This document shows positions 57,478 to 64,000 of a stretch of 64,000 bases of DNA, one piece after another. The notes beneath the pieces are model-generated. The model was not told the DNA's origin and made no database searches. It saw only the letters and a list, made by a program, of their open reading frames with translations. The DNA comes from Candidatus Latescibacterota bacterium (GTDB lineage Bacteria; Latescibacterota; UBA2968; GCA-2709665). The stretch lies in assembly GCA_963662665.2 (NCBI GenBank), contig CAXXJS010000061.1, positions 192,001-256,000 on the forward strand, written 5' to 3'. Numbering within the stretch: position 1 is the stretch's first letter; every line of letters begins with the position of its first letter. A program made the translations under genes and the position numbers.

Positions 57478-58515
57478 TCAGGGAGTCGAATCCACCTGCT
57501 TGAAAGTCCGGGCCATGAGGTCGATCTGCCGAAGATAGGGTTCTTTGCGCTTATTTGGTGAATAGACCCCGCAGTCGATGTAGAAAAACCGGTTTGTTTC
57601 CACGTCCACGAACGCGTAACTCTTGAATGGCCCCCCGGCCCATTTTTTTTTGTTTTCCCAGAGGCCTTGCAATACAAAAGCCAGGTTTCCCGCGAACTCT
57701 GTCTGGCCAATTTCCAGGTGGTCATGTACAACACGGTCGCGGTCGAAAAACCTACCGGTGATCGCGTCGCGTTTTCGGATGCACCATTCCTCCGAGAGTT
57801 CGTCGGGTGAAGTACCGTCCTCCCAGTAGACAAACAGCCAACGGTTGGGTTCCTCCTTGGTCAACACGACAAATCCGCTGTCGGGATAGGCCTCCAGGAT
57901 GCGGTATCCGAAGGCGACGCGCACCTGCCAACCAAATTCGCGCCCGAGCTGTTCCGTGACGTCCTTGCGTTCGCCGTATCGGTAGATCAACCGTCGAATA
58001 CGCTCGTTGCGCGCCTCTTCGATCCGTTTATACAGCCGGTCCGCATCCATCCGGAGATTTTCCACGAGGCCGGCGCTGTCGTTTCCCGAAACCGCTAGGA
58101 GGAGCTGTTCTTTTGCCCAGACGTCCTCCTTCCAGAACACGGCGGACCGGTTTCGCCGCACGGCGTTTTGTACTTCGGGCCCCAGGATGTTCCTCAGGAA
58201 GCCTCCGGTGGCATGCGGAGCGTCCAGTTCGGCGATAACCATGATGTTCTTGCGCCTCTTGTTCTCGAACCGATCGAAATCAGCCACATTGCCGAACTGC
58301 AACCGGAAGATCTTTTCTTCCTGAGGCGTATGAAGAATTCTCTCGAATATCTCTTTCAGGTGCGGTTCCAGGTTCTCTCTATCGGTCGGCTCAATCAGGA
58401 CGAGTATCTCCTGCGCCGGTCCAACAGATTCCGGCAACCGAGGACCGCATCCGGCCAACGTCGCCACACAAAGCGCTGCACCACATATCCAGTGTTGTTT
58501 TCGGACGTTCGCCAT
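57478..58515 (-). CDS. DUF4837-like lipoprotein
   Basis: Lipobox LAGC, TPQEE..F, DVWAKEQ, GLWE...GGPF, KEPYLRQ. Start could be 58548. Confidence 0.72.
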   Translation of the reverse strand: MANVRKQHWICGAALCVATLAGCGPRLPESVGPAQEILVLIEPTDRENLEPHLKEIFERILHTPQEEKIFRLQFGNVADFDRFENKRRKNIMVIAELDAPHATGGFLRNILGPEVQNAVRRNRSAVFWKEDVWAKEQLLLAVSGNDSAGLVENLRMDADRLYKRIEEARNERIRRLIYRYGERKDVTEQLGREFGWQVRVAFGYRILEAYPDSGFVVLTKEEPNRWLFVYWEDGTSPDELSEEWCIRKRDAITGRFFDRDRVVHDHLEIGQTEFAGNLAFVLQGLWENKKKWAGGPFKSYAFVDVETNRFFYIDCGVYSPNKRKEPYLRQIDLMARTFKQVDSTP

Positions 58516-58580
58516 TGCGTCCTTCGCAGCCCGGATGGAGTTTTTCATCCGGCTCTTAGCGTCGGTTTCGAGTGAATTGA

Positions 58581-58618
58581 AATTGCCGGCGGGCGGACAT
58601 TCGTCGCTGCCGGCAATT
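58581..58618 (-). terminator. Intergenic hairpin
   Basis: AATTGCCGGC...GCCGGCAATT, a 10-bp perfect inverted repeat. Confidence 0.4.
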
Positions 58619-58809
58619 GAACTCAGGCTGTGCGTGCCCGTTTTGACCCCACGGTGAGCAAAATACGCAACAATCCCGACTTCATAAAGAAAAAAATGTC
58701 ATCGGTATTCACTTCCTGAACTAGATCTCCTGAATAAGGGCGGCGAGGCGTATTTCGACAAGCGCAACGACCGCGATTCGGAATGCGTTCGGGAAAGCGT
58801 CCATGAATG

Positions 58810-60625
58810 TTACTTCCTTGTACCGAATTCAACCTGCGATGACCAACTGTTCGAAAGACCGTCCTCAGTGGCTTTTATCGCGTATCGTGCGGAAATACGG
58901 ATGCGCGATCCTGTGAGAGTGAACCGGACGCCGGCCGTGCGGCCTGTGCCAGACAGGAGTTGCAGGCGGCCGCCTCCCCACACGTCGGGTTCGAACGTAT
59001 AGATGCGGGAGTCAAAGCCGGTCACGTTGAATAGCGCCATCCAGACGTCGGCCCTGAGGCGCTTCGTTCGCTCGATCCGGAGGTCGATGCCCCCTGCGCC
59101 GCCGCTGCTCTCTCGAGTCGGGGAGCGGGCGCCCGTGCTTTCCAGCCAGAGATTGAGGCGTGCGGCGGACCGCGGAATGGTCATGCGAAGTCGGGCGCGT
59201 TTCCGGCCCCGCAGACCCGTGACGCCCGAAGTGGTGACCGTCTGTTGCCGCGTGCCCAGCGTGAGGCGAATTACGGCAAATTTCAGGCGATGTCTTAAAT
59301 CGAACGAGAAACGTTCTCCCCGCGCGGGCAGCTTGAACTTGCCCTCGGGCGCAATGCGGCCGTGTCGGTCCAGCGTGGCCTCCACCCGTGTTCGCCTGCC
59401 TGGCCGCCACGCTGCACCGGTGAAGAGACCCCACTCGTTTCTGCCGCTGTACGCGGAGAACGGCCCGCCGCGCAGGCTTGAAAATCCAGCCGGGTACCGG
59501 CGGGCAAGCAGTACCAGTTTAAGGCGATCCACACCCGCACGGGCGCCGACCAGCCACCCGACGGCGTTACTGCCGGAAGCTGCGATTTCGCCGAAAACAC
59601 CGTGGCGCCTCGCGCGCAGGTCCCAATCCATACCGGCCGAATACTGGCGCCGGACTTGCTGAAGTGCCGGCGAGAACGCGGTCCGGACCACGGTGGCGCC
59701 CACGCTGCCAAACTGCATTTCAACGCGCGATCGAAAAGCCGCCACGTCCTCCCTTAGTTTGCCCCTCCGTTCTCGCTGGGTCTGGGTGACATGCAGGTCG
59801 GCGGTACGGATTTCGACCACCCCTGCGCTGTCGGTGGCTGCATCCCATCGGTTCCGGGCGCCCATGGCCGTCCATGTGACGGGGGCCGGACCGTCCTTCG
59901 CCAAAGACGCCTCGGAGGGCGCCGTATTCGACCGCGGAGCGATAACCCACGCTTCGGACGTTGGCCGGCCTCGCCCACGCCAGGCCCGTCGCGGACCGGT
60001 CGTTCCTGCTGAAGAGGAGGCCCTGTCCGTATCCGGGTCGGAAGTCGCCCATCAGCAGGCGCCGAAAGCCCGGAACGGCGGAGAAACTCACGTATCCGCT
60101 GAGGAAGTCAACCAGCCGTGTTTCCAGGGGGTCGCGTTCCGTGAGAAAAACGGCATCCGCGCGACTTGCCGCGATCTCGGTCCGCTGGTAGAGCCTGAGG
60201 TTCGTCCAGGCGGTCGCATGCGCCGAGGGGCGCGTGATCCGGAGCGACGTCCGGATACGAGGGCCCTGCGGGGAAGACAGCGACAGATAGGGCCGGACAG
60301 CGGCGAGAATCTCAGGTGTAACGCCGGGCACCCTGAGAAGATCGTTGAAGCGGCGAAAGTGCCCGAATCGTCTTCGATGGGCGATGACCCGGCGCGCCAC
60401 TTCCGGCGAAAACCAGGGCAGGGCTTGCAGATCCTCGGACGTTGCCTTGTTGACGTTGATGACCTGTCCTTCGAGATCCCGCAAGACGGCCAGGTACGAT
60501 TCCGCGGTTTCAGGGTTCAACGAATCCTGCGCGCGGGAGGCGACGTCGGACAACATGTAAGAAAGCAGCACGATGAACGCCAGTTTCGGTCCGCGGCGGG
60601 CGGATTGAAAGAAATCGTATATCAC
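58810..60625 (-). pseudogene. ComEA-like helix-hairpin-helix protein with C-terminal beta-strand-rich domain, split by a 1-nt frameshift
   Basis: INVNKAT.EDLQALP...F....DLLRVPG and GDFRPGYGQGL in ORF 59720..60625. Reading continues in ORF 58810..59904 if one base is removed from the G5 run at 59881-59885. Confidence 0.78.
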
Positions 60626-60787
60626 GGACGACCTCCCTGTACATTTCTATTGCATACAAGAGATTGCTAACAAACGAATTACATTCATTCGACCTTGCAT
60701 CCGGTCGTCGCTTGCCGAATCCAATGCAATAAAAATGCCAGGGAGGGTCGTGCCTGGTGCGCGGAGGAATTTTTCAGGAGGAGACAA

Positions 60788-62689
60788 TCAGGGTTCGGAG
60801 GTGGCCTCGTTCGAGAGGAGCTGAAGTTTGCCGTTCCGGATCGTCAGCATGTACATCCAGGCATTTTCACGATTGCCTTTGCTGAAGGATAGTCTTCCGG
60901 TAGCGCCGGGTATGGCGCCCAGATTTTCAAGAGCGTTCCGAAGTCGCTGCCGGGAGGTGCCGCCCCGGTCGATGGCGGTCAAGACAGCCGTCATTGCGTC
61001 GTAACCCAGGGCGGACGCAATGCCCTGGTCTCGATTGAACCGTTCCCTGAAGGCGCCCAGGAACTCGTGTACGGAGACCATATTGCTGCGAGTGGTGTAC
61101 TTGGCGACGAAGACCGCGCCGTCCGTATAGGAATTCCGCGCGACCGCATGGTGGTTCCAGCCGTCGCTGCCCAGCAACCGCGCGTTAATTTGGTAGAAGG
61201 CGACCTGGGGTGCGATCAGAAGCACCTCGTCCTTACCACCCGCGATGAGCAGACCGCCCAGAGTACGCACCGGTTCCGGCTGCACCGTGTCGGGGTCGAC
61301 GGTAACCGGTGGGGGCGGCGCCAGGCGGATGCTTCCCAGGACCAGGGAGTCTATCTCGTCTGCGAGGATTGCGGGTGGATGCAGCGCCAGTCCGGCGTCC
61401 CGGATGCGTTTCAACTGGCCCCGGTAGTCGGTTGTGCCGGGTTCGTACCAGGTCTGAATGATCACCTCCGAACCCAATTCTTCCGCACGGGCGGCGAACT
61501 CTTTCGCGATTCGGTCTCCATACGAATCCCGCGACGCCAGCGAGGCCAGCGTGCGCAGCCCCAGCTCCCGAACCGCGTAGTCGGCAATTCGACGGCCCTG
61601 CGCGCCGGGCGTTGCATTGACCTGGAATACGTAGGGACTCAGTGAGGCAAGTCCATCTTCGGAGGCCGTAGGTGCGATCAGCGGGACCTTGTGTGGGCCT
61701 GCCAGTGCGGCAACCGGAAGGGTCTCGGCGCTCGTCAGGGCGCCGATAATGGCAATCACACCGTGTTCTTCTATAAGATTCTGAGCTGCCCTGACCGCGC
61801 GTACCGGACTGCCTCCCGTATCTTTGAAGACGAGTGCGATCTGCTCTCCGGACTTGAGCGGGCGGAGTTCCCTGGCAAGCAGAACGCCGTCGATCATGTC
61901 CTTGCCCAGCGCACTCGCCAATGGCGCGATCAGGCCGATTGTGTAGTGCGCGTCGGCTGGTTTTTCTGTGTCGTCCGCACGAGGTTTGGTGTGCGCTTTT
62001 TCCGCCGCCGCCGGACGGAGCCGCGACAACGGGCGTTGTTCGCGCGCCAGGGTCGCGAAGATTCCGTTGGGATGCTGTTCCAGAAATCGGACCATCTCAT
62101 TGCCGGATGGCGCGGCCCGGTCGTATCTGACAGGCCAGCGCGCCCGGCCGAAGGCGACGGCCTCGTCGATGGCCGCGCTGCCGAAATCGGCCTGAAGGCG
62201 GGCAATGTCCCCTGAAGTGATTCGTCCTGCCCCGGCGATCTGACCCAGCCGGTCCGCAGCGCGGGCTTTCAGCCGGAGGTCTCCCCGTCCCGTCACCACA
62301 TGTGCGTATCGGGTTGCGGCGCTGTAGACCTGGCCCTGCTGAAATCTACAGTCTCCAATGATCAGGTCGGCTTCCGGGAGATAGCGGCTATTGGGAAAGG
62401 CGACGTAGAGTCCGGACGCCGCGCGTAGCGCCAGGTCGAACTCTTTGAGTTTATAAAGCGATTTCGCCAGCATCAAACGGGCGGCCGAAGTACGTTCGTG
62501 GATGGGCTCCGTCTCGGCCAACGCCTTAAAGGCCGGTTTCGCCTTGCGGTAGTAGCCGTTAGCGTAGTCGCCAAGCGCTTTCCGGAACCGGGTTTCAATT
62601 TCCCCCTGGCCGATCTGCGCGCTGGACGGTTGTGCGACTGTGAGATGGGTTACGAGGACAAGCCAGAACGCTGTAGCGATTCGATTCAC
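60788..62689 (-). CDS. Secreted TPR plus type 1 periplasmic-binding-fold protein (LpoA/ABC substrate-binding-like)
   Basis: Signal peptide, TPR helices (FPNSRY), IGLIAPL, AIIGALTS, LIAPTAS, LGYDA, PGATG.LSF. Confidence 0.8.
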   Translation of the reverse strand: MNRIATAFWLVLVTHLTVAQPSSAQIGQGEIETRFRKALGDYANGYYRKAKPAFKALAETEPIHERTSAARLMLAKSLYKLKEFDLALRAASGLYVAFPNSRYLPEADLIIGDCRFQQGQVYSAATRYAHVVTGRGDLRLKARAADRLGQIAGAGRITSGDIARLQADFGSAAIDEAVAFGRARWPVRYDRAAPSGNEMVRFLEQHPNGIFATLAREQRPLSRLRPAAAEKAHTKPRADDTEKPADAHYTIGLIAPLASALGKDMIDGVLLARELRPLKSGEQIALVFKDTGGSPVRAVRAAQNLIEEHGVIAIIGALTSAETLPVAALAGPHKVPLIAPTASEDGLASLSPYVFQVNATPGAQGRRIADYAVRELGLRTLASLASRDSYGDRIAKEFAARAEELGSEVIIQTWYEPGTTDYRGQLKRIRDAGLALHPPAILADEIDSLVLGSIRLAPPPPVTVDPDTVQPEPVRTLGGLLIAGGKDEVLLIAPQVAFYQINARLLGSDGWNHHAVARNSYTDGAVFVAKYTTRSNMVSVHEFLGAFRERFNRDQGIASALGYDAMTAVLTAIDRGGTSRQRLRNALENLGAIPGATGRLSFSKGNRENAWMYMLTIRNGKLQLLSNEATSEP

Positions 62690-63054
62690 ACGTGGTTCCT
62701 CAAGGAGGAAATGCCCGAATCCCTGGTTTTCCTGCCTGTTCGAAGCCGTTTTCAGCCAGACTCGGAACCCGCCGCCGGGGTGAGCACGTGCCGCTTCGTG
62801 TTCGCAGGATACCGCGAACGCAAATATAGGGACAATTCAAGCGATAGGCGAGTGTTTTGTATTTCATTGTCCTGAAATCGTATTCTGTCTTCAAATTCCA
62901 TGCTCGTATGTCAAGTGGATATTGCTATTGACAAAGCGACGGCGACAATATACCGTATGCCTGGATAAGGATTGTCCGGATGGAAGGGTGGAGAGGATTT
63001 GGGCGGAGACGGAAATGGCTACTTTCACTCGAGTAATGATCATGGGGAGAAGAA

Positions 63055-64000
63055 ATGAAACCTGACGCAATATCCTCCATCTACAGGGCGCCCGCGTTCG
63101 CCGACGCGCTGCCCGAGTTGGCAGCGCCGGGCGCCACGCCTGAGCGACTGGCACACCTGGAAGCGCACGGCTTCGTCATCATAAACGACTTCGTCGACAA
63201 TCCGTGGATTCCGGTTCTCCGTGAAGCGGGCCGCCGGGTTACGGAGGCGTGTGCACCGGCCAATGGGTACAGCAGGATCGACTGCTCCAGGGGTTACGTC
63301 CACCGGACTGGCAAGGACGAACCATGGGCGATTCGCGGTCTGGTTCATCCGGCTTTCAATGAACCATGTTTCGCCGAGTTTCACGGTTCTCCCGATTTCC
63401 TGGAGTTCGTGCGCTCGTGGTGCAACGGTCTTGGCCCCGGGGATGTCACCTATGGTGGTCTGCTGTTGTGGTGCAATCCGCGAGAGTCGGAACACGCCCT
63501 CGGCTGGCACCGCGACGTAACGTGGTGGGGAACCGGGAAACCCTATTTCGCGCAACGCGAGATCCGGGGCGAGGGGCCCGAAGCCTACACGGAGGAGGTC
63601 GAGCGGGAACGCTGGGCGGAGATCCGCGCGAACAACGCCAGATCGATTGCGGAGCGGAATGGCGTGAGTATGTTCCTGGCGCTGGTGGACGACGAGTGCC
63701 ATGAACTCATACCAGGCAGCCACGATCGATGGCGTACACCTTTCGAGCACGACGTTCTCCTCCCCAAAGCCATGAAGGAGAAGGGGGTCCCTCACACACC
63801 CTGTTGGAACGGCGTCGACCCGCTGCCGGACCAGGTAGCGGTCCGGCTCAGGGCGGGCGAATCCCTCATCCGGATCGGCGCAAACATTCACACCGGTCAC
63901 ACCGTTCCGGACAGAGAACGGAACACGCTATCCATCGGATGGTCCAGGTGGTCCGGGCCGTTTACGGGTGAGCCCGCGGTGGCTGACGTGCGAAGCGCGT
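63055..64000 (+). CDS. PhyH-like dioxygenase, partial (runs off the window end)
   Basis: Absent from the ORF track because no stop falls in the window. Hand translation from ATG 63055 (after GGGGAG) gives MKPDAISS...LEAHGFVII...GWHRD...LIPGSH...LRAGE...IHTG. Confidence 0.8.
   Translation, partial: MKPDAISSIYRAPAFADALPELAAPGATPERLAHLEAHGFVIINDFVDNPWIPVLREAGRRVTEACAPANGYSRIDCSRGYVHRTGKDEPWAIRGLVHPAFNEPCFAEFHGSPDFLEFVRSWCNGLGPGDVTYGGLLLWCNPRESEHALGWHRDVTWWGTGKPYFAQREIRGEGPEAYTEEVERERWAEIRANNARSIAERNGVSMFLALVDDECHELIPGSHDRWRTPFEHDVLLPKAMKEKGVPHTPCWNGVDPLPDQVAVRLRAGESLIRIGANIHTGHTVPDRERNTLSIGWSRWSGPFTGEPAVADVRSA

Noticed and set aside
63040-63900. 286-aa minus-strand ORF
   Set aside because: It is the antisense shadow of the plus-strand PhyH-like gene starting at 63055.
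1-64000. CRISPR array, rRNA, integrase or transposase
   Set aside because: I saw no regularly spaced repeat-spacer series, rRNA-like segment, or recombinase/transposase motifs.

Overview
GC-rich bacterial chromosomal window with about 58 CDS, 2 tRNAs, and no rRNA, CRISPR array, integrase or transposase that I can see. The gene content (DUF6785-like membrane protein, DUF4837-like lipoprotein, stand-alone GroES paralogue, HhH-barrel ComEA-like gene, four PhyH-type dioxygenases) suggests an FCB-group organism such as Latescibacterota or Gemmatimonadota; this is inference only. From left to right: (1) 0.2-5.5 kb, a defence/TA-like islet (YhcG nuclease, frameshifted HEPN plus MNT, AlbA_2/Schlafen-ATPase coupled to a FitA-like antitoxin) followed by two tandem paralogous membrane-anchored multi-CxxC proteins I cannot assign; (2) an EndoQ/PHP-UvrD fusion, rhamnulokinase, GT4, PhyH and anSME radical SAM; (3) 14.2-25.8 kb, an N-methylglutamate-pathway-like operon with a second copy of the GATase+GXGXG pair; (4) 25.8-43.9 kb, a catabolic gene string interrupted by a 4.7 kb Fur/CobW/WD40/ZIP metal-homeostasis insert bounded by 87-bp and 13-bp direct repeats; (5) miscellaneous envelope and metabolic genes, tRNA-Cys, tRNA-Leu, and a ComEA-like gene frameshifted in a homopolymer run. 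All family assignments come from motif recognition by eye, with no database search.
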